Virus record (IMG/VR): IMGVR_UViG_2877826310_000002
Coordinates: 19,922 to 83,921 of that record
DNA from: a virus
Lineage: Duplodnaviria; Caudoviricetes
Length of the DNA: 64,000 nt
Strand: one strand, 5' to 3'
Shown: piece after piece, positions 10,334 to 19,753 of the stretch
Layout of the letters: each line of letters starts with the position of its first letter
Numbering within the stretch: the stretch's first letter is position 1
Made by a program: the position numbers and the translations under genes
The notes under the pieces: model-generated
Seen by the model: the letters and a program-made list of their open reading frames with translations, nothing else
Database searches by the model: none
What the model was told of the DNA's origin: nothing

Positions 10334-10830
10334 CAGACGCACTTCTCGACACTCCCGAAGAGGTTTTGCCGCCCACGTTTGCGGCTCCCGAAGAACCGGT
10401 GACCTTGAGCGTAACGTTCTCCGATGTGGCCCTTAAAAACGACGGCTCGTTCGTGATAACCGTTGCTGGCAACCGTTGTCACGTTACCCAGGACTACAAT
10501 CCGCCGCTTTACCAAGCCGTTGTCGAGTACCTGGACGCCGGTGGCCACGCTACCGAGTACGCCGAGGACGTTGTTGTCCAGGCCGATCCTGCGTTGCTGG
10601 CCAAGCTCTGGGTAGAACTGCGTTTGAAGGTGTCGGATAACCTGGTATCGCAGTACCGCGATGCTCGCGATCTGGGCGGTGAACTGCCGATCACACCCGA
10701 ACAGTTCACCCAGTTGCTGACCTGGCGGCAAGCAGTGCGCGAATGGCCGCAGGTGCCTGGCTACCCGAAGCAGACAACACAGCCTGTTACCCCTGACTGG
10801 ATTGAAGCGGTCGTGCTCGATGGCGAATGA
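10330..10830 (+). CDS. Tail fibre assembly chaperone
   Basis: WRQAVREWPQ...P..P C-terminus, directly after the fibre. Confidence 0.75.
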   Translation: MTDALLDTPEEVLPPTFAAPEEPVTLSVTFSDVALKNDGSFVITVAGNRCHVTQDYNPPLYQAVVEYLDAGGHATEYAEDVVVQADPALLAKLWVELRLKVSDNLVSQYRDARDLGGELPITPEQFTQLLTWRQAVREWPQVPGYPKQTTQPVTPDWIEAVVLDGE

Positions 10831-11752
10831 ATGGGCACCGATCAAACTGCAGTGGCCGGTGCAGGCCACGCAGTGGATGGATCAGATGGCAGGTGCACGC
10901 GACCTGATCCAGAGCGAAATGGCAATCACCGGTCAGCGCGTCTCGATGCTGGCCGATATCGCCAAGACCAGTCCTGGTCTGATTGCGGGTGCCGCGAAGT
11001 CGGCCATTAGCGCTGGGCGCGATGCATTGGTCGCGCAGTTTGAAAACGTCCCGTCGTGCATCGTCGTGACGCCCTTTCAGCACGGTGTAGGGCAGGGCAG
11101 CGGTGGTCACCAGCGCTTTTTGTCTGCGCCGAACCTGCTGCAGCTACTAGCCGACAAGCTCACTGATACCACTGACGCTGTGCGGCCCCAAGGTCAGCAA
11201 AGCGCCCTGGTACTGATATTCCTCGCCACGCGCCTGGACCAGCTCGCCGCGACGTTGGGTCGGTTCAACGTGGTGTTGCCTATGCCTGACCTGGTGCGCG
11301 CCGAGCGCCGTGCCGAACACCTGGCCAAGCTGGAGGTGGAAAAGTGGGTGATGCCGATCGCCGGGCAAATGCCGCTCTGGAGCCAGTTGCCGCTGCAGCG
11401 CTGCCCGATCACCAAGCTGGCCAGCCAGTCCATGGCCGGCCAACTGGCGGTACTTGAGGGCTATGCCGCCGACAGTTCGCCGATGGCGGACCTGGCCGAT
11501 CTGCAGGCCCGAAAGAAGGCACAGGTACAAGAACGCGAGCAGCAGCTGGCCGACCTGAAAGCCCAGTTCATCAACAGTGCCGACGATGTATCGATCCAGT
11601 CCAGGATGCTGGGACCGGGTGACGTGGGCCAGCTCCGCCGCGAGCTCCTCGAGGGCGAAGCACCAGGTCATGAGTGGCCGCTCTGTGCCGGCGCACTGTT
11701 GGTGGGCTCTGCAGAGAGCCTGAGCTTTGTTCAGGAACTGGTGGGCCTATGA
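10820..11752 (+). CDS. Phage tail/baseplate protein
   Basis: Translationally coupled ORF in the tail operon. Confidence 0.6.
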   Translation: MANEWAPIKLQWPVQATQWMDQMAGARDLIQSEMAITGQRVSMLADIAKTSPGLIAGAAKSAISAGRDALVAQFENVPSCIVVTPFQHGVGQGSGGHQRFLSAPNLLQLLADKLTDTTDAVRPQGQQSALVLIFLATRLDQLAATLGRFNVVLPMPDLVRAERRAEHLAKLEVEKWVMPIAGQMPLWSQLPLQRCPITKLASQSMAGQLAVLEGYAADSSPMADLADLQARKKAQVQEREQQLADLKAQFINSADDVSIQSRMLGPGDVGQLRRELLEGEAPGHEWPLCAGALLVGSAESLSFVQELVGL

Positions 11753-12285
11753 CGCTGCTACTCAACGGCGAGCAGATCATCGGCCACCGCATGAAGCTGA
11801 CGGCCAACCTCAAGATCGAGGCCGACGAGCTGGGCGGTCAGACATCGGGCACCGACAAATCCCACAAGGGTTTCAAACCCAAGACGCTTACGGTGGCCCT
11901 GACGATCCCTTACAAGTCGCTCGAGAACCTGCGCACGATCATGCGCTTGGCCGAGGCGACTGCAGGCGGTGGCCAGCTGCAGACCTACCGGATCGTCAAT
12001 GACACGGCCAAGGCCTTTGGCATCCGGCAGGTGACGTTCTCCGACGGGGTCAGCGCCCGTGAAGACGACACACTGGCCCAATGGATCGTCCAGTTCACCC
12101 TGAGCGAGAAGCTATCCAACCCGGAGAAGGTCGAGAACCGACGCGCCGGCAACGGCGTGACATCCCAGTCAGCGCCTGGCGATGGTGTGGCGGGTAGTGG
12201 GTCCGGATCGGGCGCAGCCGAAGAACTGACCGGCTTTGAGGCCGTGCTCAAGAAGGTGGACACCTACCTGGGCGGCACGCCATGA
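11749..12285 (+). CDS. Baseplate complex protein
   Basis: Coupled ORF, ATG 11749. Confidence 0.6.
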   Translation: MTLLLNGEQIIGHRMKLTANLKIEADELGGQTSGTDKSHKGFKPKTLTVALTIPYKSLENLRTIMRLAEATAGGGQLQTYRIVNDTAKAFGIRQVTFSDGVSAREDDTLAQWIVQFTLSEKLSNPEKVENRRAGNGVTSQSAPGDGVAGSGSGSGAAEELTGFEAVLKKVDTYLGGTP

Positions 12286-12992
12286 GCATGAAACTGCACA
12301 AAGTGCTGACGATCGGCGGCGTGGCTACGCCGCTTATCAATGACGATGTTCGACTGGATCTCAAGAGTCCGGGCCGCGCCACGTTCACGATCAAGGCCGG
12401 TGCCACAGTCAAAGGTTTGGTCACGTTCGATATCGGCTACAACGAAGCGGTCCTGCAGCGTCACTTCATTGGCTATGTCGAGCGCTGCACTGCCACCAAC
12501 GGCATCGAGCAGGTGGTGCTGTGCCGCGAGTTAGCCGCGGTGCTGGCCAACCCTTTGCCCATGAACCTGCGTCATGTGGATCTGCGCGCGGTGCTGACCG
12601 ATATCGGCAGCAAGACCGGATTGCGCTTTCGGGTTCCGGATCAGGCCTACACACGCGTCAAGACACCGTTTTTCTACAACCTGGCCGCTGGGTACCAGGC
12701 TCTGGACAGCATGGCGCGGGTGTTTGGCATCAAGGACTTTATCTGGCAGCAACAGGGCGACGGCGAGATCTACGTCGGTGCCTGGGCTGACAGTTTCTTC
12801 GGCGCTCGGTCGCCGTTGCAGTTGCCGGTTAACCTTTTCGACGGTTACCAGGGCAGCCAGAGCGCAATGATCGCGGCCTTGCCGGGCTTGCGACCAGGCG
12901 TATCAATCAACCAGGGCGAGCGGATCACGAACGTGACGCTGGCCGGCACACAGATGGCCATCAAATGGACGACGCAATCAAGCGCAGCGTAG
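12282..12992 (+). CDS. Baseplate hub-like protein
   Basis: Coupled 236-aa ORF, HP1-like gene order. Confidence 0.55.
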   Translation: MSMKLHKVLTIGGVATPLINDDVRLDLKSPGRATFTIKAGATVKGLVTFDIGYNEAVLQRHFIGYVERCTATNGIEQVVLCRELAAVLANPLPMNLRHVDLRAVLTDIGSKTGLRFRVPDQAYTRVKTPFFYNLAAGYQALDSMARVFGIKDFIWQQQGDGEIYVGAWADSFFGARSPLQLPVNLFDGYQGSQSAMIAALPGLRPGVSINQGERITNVTLAGTQMAIKWTTQSSAA

Positions 12993-13936
12993 AACGACAA
13001 TTCCCTGAACTCACTGGCGGCTATCACTTGCCGCGCTTCGCCAAGGTCGTGGCCGTGGCGGATGCGCCGGCCAGCGCTGGACTGTGTGACGACTTCCGCC
13101 CGCGCTTCTCGGTCGACCTGCAGGTGATGGGGCCAGATGGTGAGATCGACACGACGTTGCCGGTGCTGGCCGGCGTGCCGCTGCCCATGCCGGTGGGCGG
13201 CGATGAGATGGGATTCTTTGCCTTTCCGGAGGAGGGCACCAGCGTGGTGGTGTGCTTCGCTTATGGCCTGCCGCACAAGCCCTACATCCAGACCATCCTG
13301 CCGCACGGACTGACACTGCCAAAGGTGCCCAAGGGTGACCAGGTGTGGCAGCACAGTGATGCGGTGCAACAGCGTGTCGACGCCGACGGCAACTGGCTGC
13401 GTAAGACTGACGGCAAGATCCAGGACCAGGCGATCGAGCGCGAAGTCGACGCCATGACGAACACTGAAAGCTTCCAGAGCCACACCAGGACGGTGGATGA
13501 CCATTCGACTGAGTCAGTGGGTGGCGTGAAGAAGATCGAGGCTCTGGGAGCGCTCAAGCTGCTGTCAGGCGGATCCGCGAGCCTGGCGGCAGTGGACGAC
13601 CTGCACCAGGCCACCGGGCGTGACCTGAACCTGGTGGTCGGCCAGAAGCACAACGCGACGGTGGGTGGCGACATGGTGGAGAGGATTCAGGGTCTGCGTG
13701 AGAGCATCACCAGTAAGAGTCAGCGTTTGCAGGCTCCTAAAAACTGGGTTGGGTCGGGCGGTGTTAACATCTTTCAGGTGGTGTGCGACTTGCTGGATCT
13801 GGTCCAGGAAATGAATACCCAGCTTGCCGCGCACCAGCATGGGCCATCCCCGATACCGAGTAACGCAGCTGCGTTTACGGCGGACGCAGCCAAGGCAGCG
13901 TTACTGTGCGCCAAACTCAAGTCAGTGACGCTTTGA
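12965..13936 (+). CDS. Baseplate spike (gpV/gp5-like)
   Basis: PEEGTxVxVxF OB-fold motif, beta-helix repeats, HxH tip (AHQHG). Confidence 0.7.
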   Translation: MDDAIKRSVERQFPELTGGYHLPRFAKVVAVADAPASAGLCDDFRPRFSVDLQVMGPDGEIDTTLPVLAGVPLPMPVGGDEMGFFAFPEEGTSVVVCFAYGLPHKPYIQTILPHGLTLPKVPKGDQVWQHSDAVQQRVDADGNWLRKTDGKIQDQAIEREVDAMTNTESFQSHTRTVDDHSTESVGGVKKIEALGALKLLSGGSASLAAVDDLHQATGRDLNLVVGQKHNATVGGDMVERIQGLRESITSKSQRLQAPKNWVGSGGVNIFQVVCDLLDLVQEMNTQLAAHQHGPSPIPSNAAAFTADAAKAALLCAKLKSVTL

Positions 13937-13985
13937 TGTCTAAACCCGGCGCCAGCAAAATTTTGGGGAATTATCTTATAAGCTT

Positions 13986-14014
13986 GGAACCGATCCGCTC
14001 CCTATGACCACTCA
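13986..14014 (+). promoter_or_regulatory. hrp box (HrpL-dependent promoter)
   Basis: GGAACC-N16-CCACTCA just upstream of avrPto. Confidence 0.95.
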
Positions 14015-14052
14015 AGTGGCGTCATAAATGCTGTACTAAAGAGGGTATACGA

Positions 14053-14547
14053 ATGGGAAATATATGTGTCGGCGGATCCAGGATGGCCCATCAGGTGAAC
14101 TCCCCAGACCGAGTTAGTAACAACTCGGGTGACGAAGATAACGTAACGTCCAGTCAACTGCTGAGCGTCAGACATCAACTTGCGGAGTCTGCTGGTCTAC
14201 CAAGAGATCAGCATGAATTTGTTAGTAGCCAAGCACCTCAAAGCCTGAGAAATCGCTACAACAATCTTTACTCACATACGCAAAGAACACTGGATATGGC
14301 GGACATGCAGCATAGGTACATGACGGGAGCGTCAGGAATCAATCCGGGAATGCTGCCACATGAGAATGTGGACGATATGCGTAGCGCTATAACTGATTGG
14401 AGTGACATGCGCGAAGCTCTGCAGCACGCAATGGGTATCCATGCCGACATCCCACCGTCTCCAGAGCGATTTGTTGCGACTATGAACCCGAGCGGATCAA
14501 TTCGAATGTCAACACTTTCTCCTAGCCCGTACCGTAACTGGCAATGA
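14053..14547 (+). CDS. avrPto: Type III effector AvrPto
   Basis: 164 aa, MGNICVGGSR myristoylation start, GINP loop; hrp box upstream. Confidence 0.98.
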   Translation: MGNICVGGSRMAHQVNSPDRVSNNSGDEDNVTSSQLLSVRHQLAESAGLPRDQHEFVSSQAPQSLRNRYNNLYSHTQRTLDMADMQHRYMTGASGINPGMLPHENVDDMRSAITDWSDMREALQHAMGIHADIPPSPERFVATMNPSGSIRMSTLSPSPYRNWQ

Positions 14548-14859
14548 TGTCAAGCCGTGTGTGGCGTCATAATGTCGACGCACACGGCCTGCATCTGTGA
14601 TGCAATCCGTTGTGATCGCCTGATCTAAAATTCTACGTATTTACAGGTGAGTGCAGAGGTTCTTCAGTGCGTCACAACGGTCGATAGACAAAACTAAAGA
14701 GCAGTTAATTATAAGATGTGTCTCTAGAAGAACTGGAGTGTAGCAGCGCTTAACAGCACTACGATTAAAAAAGTATCACCCCCTTTTAAGAGGGGGGTGT
14801 ATTCATTCAGTAATGTAATCTTTCCTTGTGAACCAAAATACTCCGCGTCGCAGCATGCT

Positions 14860-15156
14860 TCGATATTCTCAATAACACAAGCCTACGCGTATGCACAGCC
14901 GTCGACGCATTCAATACCACTGAGCACAAAACGTTGTGGGCCATTGGTGGCCAATGTGACGTCCACCAGCTCCGGAAGCCGCTGTTCCTCTTTTGGGCAT
15001 GCCTGCCTAAAGTCAGGCAATGTTTGCATGCCTGCCTAAATATTCGCAGTGAGTCGATCGGACTATCACGTTCCCTTGTATCGCTTCGTACCGCTCCCTC
15101 TCTCTCGGTTCCAACGCTATATCCTTGCGCCTCATAGGAATGACCAAGACCTGCAT
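14860..15156 (-). pseudogene. Decayed conserved Pseudomonas prophage SOS-operon gene
   Basis: Starts MQVLVIPMRRKDIAL overlapping the upstream stop; ends near VLSGIECVDGCAYA; internal stops; left end approximate. Confidence 0.5.
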
Positions 15157-15410
15157 CAGGCGGCACTTTCTGATGCAGGGAGGTATAGCTGCTCCTCAAT
15201 TGCATATGCGAGCGCTCCGTCACCGAGTTCCAGCATGTCGCTGTACTCCTCTGCGTTCACGATTTGCGAGGTATGCAGAGCGCAAGCACGTTGCAGCAGC
15301 AATTTGTGATGGACTCCGGGACAAGCGAGCAATGCGGTGATGTCCTCAAGCAACGCGACCCATGCATCAACCTCTGCTTTTTTCTCTGTGATAACCACTG
15401 CCATGACCAT
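15156..15410 (-). CDS. Conserved small prophage protein, LexA-regulated
   Basis: GGAGG RBS; EEYSDMLELxDxA motif; LexA box upstream. Confidence 0.7.
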   Translation of the reverse strand: MVMAVVITEKKAEVDAWVALLEDITALLACPGVHHKLLLQRACALHTSQIVNAEEYSDMLELGDGALAYAIEEQLYLPASESAA

Positions 15411-15427
15411 CTGTCCTCCAAATTTAA

Positions 15428-15443
15428 CTGTATGTGCGTACAG
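15428..15443. promoter_or_regulatory. LexA (SOS) box
   Basis: CTGTATGTGCGTACAG = CTGT-N8-ACAG. Confidence 0.8.
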
Positions 15444-15929
15444 TTCATTCGCGGGCTTTAGCTTCGCCACAACTCTCCGATGGAAGGGCTGATTCTCAGG
15501 TGATTCCGGGCTTGTGGGAAAATTGGCCTAGGAATAAAAAAACACGAGGAAAAGCACTTATCCCCCTCCCGCCGACGGGCTTCGCGTCCGTTTTTTTTGC
15601 AAGTCTCGATGCAGTGCAATAGGCCTTCAAGCCCAAGCGGGCCGTGGGCCTCTGCGGCTGATCAGCCATTTCACAGAGTGCAAAGTTTTGCAGAGGAATG
15701 CAGTGGGATTGCACTGTGGACCTTGGAAAGGCATCCAGGAGCACCGTGCAGAAGCCCCCGGTTTCGCTGGGTGAAAAACTAAAAAATACCCTGAGGCCAG
15801 GGTTTTCGAAATCAGGGTCGATCAAATCGCACATCGATTTCGGTCACAGCCTCGTTCGCAGTTGATGGGCTGGAAGCCTTGAGCGACAAGGCTTGTAGGT
15901 CAGTTTGGAGGTTTCACTGCGTTACACAG

Positions 15930-16400
15930 TTACTCACGGGCTTGAAAAACCATGCACCTGACTGTTTTCTTCAATAAAACACTGGCCACGTTCTTGTTTG
16001 CCTCGACGAATTTCGGCTTAACGGACTCGGTTAGAAATCTGCGGAGAGACGAGTCGACCTGTAGCCCGCAACCATGCTTGTCCAGACGTGATTGCAGATC
16101 TTTGAAGTTGATCGCGAGCAACGACTCGGGTGCCGCCGAATGGTTGTACTGTTCGCCTTTGCCATCCAGTAGGTCGAGTGCTGACCAGAATGGAATCAAT
16201 GCGTCCTCAGCTGACTGTTCGGGCAAGCCAATGGTATCGAGGGCTGGTACCGGCATGCAGAGCAGCGCAGAAAAATGGGCGAGCTGGTCATAGATCGCCG
16301 AACGAAGCGCGATGCTCCTGGTTCGATTCAACTCCCTCAGGAGGAAAACTCGATGGCGGGACAACGCGATCTGGTCAGTGACGCATAAATCCTCGGACAT
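15930..16400 (-). CDS. Hypothetical phage protein; C-terminus resembles P2/P4-type primase-helicase tail
   Basis: 156 aa with AGGAG RBS; NHS..LLAIN...V.S......VRC.VF pattern. Confidence 0.55.
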   Translation of the reverse strand: MSEDLCVTDQIALSRHRVFLLRELNRTRSIALRSAIYDQLAHFSALLCMPVPALDTIGLPEQSAEDALIPFWSALDLLDGKGEQYNHSAAPESLLAINFKDLQSRLDKHGCGLQVDSSLRRFLTESVKPKFVEANKNVASVLLKKTVRCMVFQARE

Positions 16401-16492
16401 GTTTATCTCCTATGCCCCGACCGGGTCGATGGCGCTGAAACGTGACCGGAACGTGGGATTTCGTTCTGAAAATAGGGGTGGGGTAAAAAAAA

Positions 16493-16771
16493 TAGCGATA
16501 TTAGCTAGATGTGAGGAAAAAGGGGTTGGAGGCCCCGGTTTTGCTGGGTCCTTCATATAGCAGGGGATAGCGATATGGTAGCTATATGGATAGCGATATT
16601 TTACCAAACCCCCGGAATCATTGGGTTTTAAGGAAGGTAAATATTACTGTTCATAAAGGTAATATTATCGCCTTCATATCGCTTCAATATCGCTATTTCC
16701 CGAAAACGCTGAGAGCCTTGATTTACAAGGGCTGTAGCCGTTTTCAGCAACGCATATTACTAATATCGCTC
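16493..16771. repeat. TAGCGATAT repeat cluster (direct and inverted), origin-like
   Basis: Direct copies at 16493, 16568, 16579 (1 mismatch), 16591; inverted copies at 16676, 16687, 16763; AT-rich centre. Confidence 0.6.
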
Positions 16772-16907
16772 TTTTTTTTTGCCCCAACAAATTTTGAGAC
16801 GCTGCCCTTGGGTGGGCTGCTTGGGGAGGTGCGGACGTGTGTTGGCGTGTGCGCTTTTACCGGCGCGAGTAATCACGTCTAAGGCCTGGTCAGGCGCAGT
16901 GAAAGGA

Positions 16908-16931
16908 TGGCTTGTTACGTGGCTTGTTACG
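16908..16931. repeat. Tandem 12-bp repeat TGGCTTGTTACG; probable integrase arm site of the left prophage
   Basis: Two exact copies ~45 bp from the att core. Confidence 0.55.
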
Positions 16932-16974
16932 TGTACCGCAAAAAACAAGGGCCTGCATCGCTGCAAGCCCTTGA

Positions 16975-17029
16975 TTTATATGGTGCCGGCACCAGGAGTC
17001 GAACCCGGGACCTACTGATTACAAGTCAG
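16975..17029. repeat. att core (left copy): 3' part of tRNA-Thr
   Basis: 55 bp identical to 61304-61358. Confidence 0.95.
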
Positions 17030-17213
17030 ACCCCTAAGTCAGTAAAGACCCTGCGCGCAGAGAACCTTTTGTACGCTCCATGTACGGGTTTGGCCCTTAT
17101 TTTGCGGCTATCGGCGGGGTTGATGTACGCGGAAAAGACTGGGGTTTTATCCAGCGCTCTCTAGCGTTTGACTGTGGATAAAGCTGTGGGCATCTTTCGG
17201 CTGAATCAGTTGC

Positions 17214-18362
17214 TCAATTACCGGACGGGTTCACGGTTGGCACGCTGAGGTCGTACACGTCCATCATGGATTCGTCCTTGTGGCCAGAGGCTTGTTGCTT
17301 GTCTGCCCGGGTGCCCACCGTGTCGGTGATTCCCTTGCGCTTGAAGTCGTGCATTCCGAATCGCTGCTCCTCGGTGAGGATTCCTTTGTCTATCGCTTGG
17401 ACGATCAGACGCTGGAAGGCTGTGTCGAGCCCTGACTTCGACAACTGCCTGCCGGTGGCCGAGATGATCAGGAAGCGCTGGTCTGCGCGGATCGGCACGG
17501 GAACACGCTTGTGCTCCCAGGTTTCCGTCCTGACGGACTTGGCTGCATCCCATGCGGCGCGCAGACGCGTCGACCAACGGACGATGTTGTCCCGGCTTCC
17601 CTTGCGGCGGTTGGTCAGCACACCTTCGGCGAGCTCGTTCTCGTCGGTGAGGGTAATCGTCTCGATACCGCGCAGACGGCAGAGGTAACCGATCTCCATC
17701 ACATACCAGAGGTAAGGTGAGCACGCCCCGGGCTGCCCGCTCTTGAGCTGGCCTTGGTGTTGCGCGAACCTGATCAGGTTGACCATGACCGTATCGTCTG
17801 GCAGCCGTCGCTGCTTGCGCTCTTTAGGCGACTCAATACCCTTGGCAGGGTTTTCTTTCACGAACCCCCGATTTCGGCCCCACTGCATCACGCGGCGTAG
17901 GTATCGCAGGGCGTGTGCGGCCTTCGATGGCTTGCCCTCCTGGGCGATCTTGTCGATCACCCGCTGGATCAGCGCCGGGGTGAACTTGAGCACTGCCAGC
18001 TCGCCCAGTGGTTTGCCGAGCTTTGTCGGAAACGCCAGCAGTACATCACGGGAATAGACGTAGTCGTCGTGGGTTTTCGCACTGAGCACCTTGTATTGGT
18101 CGCTCTTGTGGAATTCGTCGCAGAGGTACTGCAGGCTGTCACGATCTACGCCGTTGCGTTCCTCGATCAGCCGGTGAAGCTCTGACAGCGTCACATTACC
18201 CGCGCACAGGTTCTGTCGTTGGCGCCGGCCAGCTTCATTGAAATACAGGATGTACCAGCACCCAGCGCCCCGGTGGTCGAAATACACCGAGCGCGGCAGG
18301 GCCGCCTGGTCAATATGGCCAGGGATGTTCGGGTTATGCTGGCGCTTCCTTCCTCGCTTCAT
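17214..18362 (-). CDS. int: Tyrosine recombinase/integrase
   Basis: Next to att; R...HDFKRK...SGH...Y catalytic residues. Confidence 0.9.
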   Translation of the reverse strand: MKRGRKRQHNPNIPGHIDQAALPRSVYFDHRGAGCWYILYFNEAGRRQRQNLCAGNVTLSELHRLIEERNGVDRDSLQYLCDEFHKSDQYKVLSAKTHDDYVYSRDVLLAFPTKLGKPLGELAVLKFTPALIQRVIDKIAQEGKPSKAAHALRYLRRVMQWGRNRGFVKENPAKGIESPKERKQRRLPDDTVMVNLIRFAQHQGQLKSGQPGACSPYLWYVMEIGYLCRLRGIETITLTDENELAEGVLTNRRKGSRDNIVRWSTRLRAAWDAAKSVRTETWEHKRVPVPIRADQRFLIISATGRQLSKSGLDTAFQRLIVQAIDKGILTEEQRFGMHDFKRKGITDTVGTRADKQQASGHKDESMMDVYDLSVPTVNPSGN

Positions 18363-18565
18363 ACGATATCCGCGTCATACTTTTCTTGATCAATGGGCTT
18401 GAGCCCGCCCGCTTGGTTCACCAGATCAACAGTGGTCCAAGGCCCCTTCCTACCAAGGAATATCCTGATTCCTTCCCCACGTAACGCCTTCTCAACGTCA
18501 GCGCGCCGCGTATAGCCGGTGATCCGTTGCAACTCTTCGAACTCCAGCACTTTTGCTGCGCTCAT
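18359..18565 (-). CDS. Putative excisionase (DUF4224-like)
   Basis: 68 aa, EELQRITGY, overlaps the int start. Confidence 0.7.
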   Translation of the reverse strand: MSAAKVLEFEELQRITGYTRRADVEKALRGEGIRIFLGRKGPWTTVDLVNQAGGLKPIDQEKYDADIV

Positions 18566-18593
18566 CGCGCCCTGCCTTCCTGACTCATCAGGC

Positions 18594-18947
18594 TCAATTA
18601 CTTTTTGGCAGTGGCAAGTCTCGCCCCTGAATTACACGCACAGGGAAAGCCTCGCCCTCCCATTTGCCGGGTTTTCCCCGAATCCTCTCGCGCTCGCGGT
18701 AGAGGTGTGGGCGTTTGGCACTGAATGCCTGGGCGCACTCTTCAAAGCGCACGCTTTCTTCTTCGATTGCAATCAGACGCTGTCCAGCCTGCGAACCGAT
18801 CTGAACCCAGCCGGACTTGTCGCGCCCGAAGTTTTCCGTTTTGAACAGGCGGTACCGGTTGCGGTGGCCTGTTCCTGGGGAACTGGACTCTGTGTTCATA
18901 TAGAACTGCACGCCGTCTTGGCGGACGTGTAGGACTGTCTTAGCCAC
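18594..18947 (-). CDS. Hypothetical phage protein
   Basis: ORF in the PL operon, GTG start inferred. Confidence 0.5.
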   Translation of the reverse strand: MAKTVLHVRQDGVQFYMNTESSSPGTGHRNRYRLFKTENFGRDKSGWVQIGSQAGQRLIAIEEESVRFEECAQAFSAKRPHLYRERERIRGKPGKWEGEAFPVRVIQGRDLPLPKSN

Positions 18948-19203
18948 GGCGACCCCCTTGGGCTTCGATCGGTGGAAGCGCCGACTTTGATTCAATAAAG
19001 ACGCTGCTCTCAACCTGTCCGCCGACGTGACGGATGTAGTCGATTTCGACGCGCGCGGTATCGACGATCACCTTGGCCACATTGCTGACGGCGTCCGCTC
19101 TGCGCACGGCCATATCGAGTTTGTCACCGTCCGCCTCAACGAGGTTTTCCAGCGCAACGAACAGGTGATCACGCAGATCGGAAAGCTTATTTTTCATTGC
19201 CAC
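18940..19203 (-). CDS. Conserved phage protein (MKNKLSDLRDHLF family)
   Basis: Typical partner of phage HNH genes. Confidence 0.65.
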   Translation of the reverse strand: MAMKNKLSDLRDHLFVALENLVEADGDKLDMAVRRADAVSNVAKVIVDTARVEIDYIRHVGGQVESSVFIESKSALPPIEAQGGRRG

Positions 19204-19753
19204 GTTTCCTTTTGATGGTTTTTCGGATCTCGTTCTGCAGGTGCAGGACGTCGACGAGTTCGTCTGGCAGGTTCTGATAGTTTGGACAGGTGCGGACTAC
19301 ATGCTCGCTCACCGTGCGAAGGCACAGGTTGTCCAAGCTTATGTTCTTGCGGTTACTGTCCTTGGCGGCGACGATGTGCCCGTCTGGCACCGGCCCGTTG
19401 ACCAACTCCCATGCATGGATGTGCAGGCCTTTCCAGATATCGGGCTGGCCAAGCTTGATCAGTACCCTCGTTTGCTCATGTCGCAACGAACCCAGGGGTT
19501 TCTCCCAAAACTCCCGGCCGAGCCGTTCAGCGCCGGCTTGCATGTTTGCCGCGCCCAGGTCGCGCATGTAGGTGCTGCTTTTTTTCACTCCCAGCAGGTA
19601 CGCACGGTGTGTAATCGATGCATAGGACCGACCTGGGAGATGTGGAGACAGCGCGTCATGGCTGCTCTCGGGGTAGCGCTCCCGCAGAATCGCGTCCTCG
19701 GCCGAGGACCAGCTGACGCGCTTGGTCCTCGGCCGAGCGTTATCAGCTTTCAT
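19187..19753 (-). CDS. HNH endonuclease-like protein with N-terminal Myb-like helix
   Basis: WSxxEDxxLR start; HxxxWELxNGPVP..DxNxxNxxxDNL. Confidence 0.75.
   Translation of the reverse strand: MKADNARPRTKRVSWSSAEDAILRERYPESSHDALSPHLPGRSYASITHRAYLLGVKKSSTYMRDLGAANMQAGAERLGREFWEKPLGSLRHEQTRVLIKLGQPDIWKGLHIHAWELVNGPVPDGHIVAAKDSNRKNISLDNLCLRTVSEHVVRTCPNYQNLPDELVDVLHLQNEIRKTIKRKRGNEK

Larger units (their letters stand above)
1..16974. mobile_element. P2/HP1-like prophage, right part (left end outside the window)
   Basis: Contractile tail, lysis and baseplate operon running up to the att copy. Confidence 0.85.

Noticed and set aside
1-13936. R-type tailocin
   Set aside because: HP1-like gene order, att-proximal phage features and tRNA integration favour a prophage; head genes would lie outside the window
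15540-15600. cos site of the left prophage
   Set aside because: The GC-rich GGCGGGAGGGGG run is suggestive but does not clearly match a cos sequence I can support
16981-17029. Second tRNA-Thr gene
   Set aside because: Only the 3' 49 nt are present; it is the att duplication
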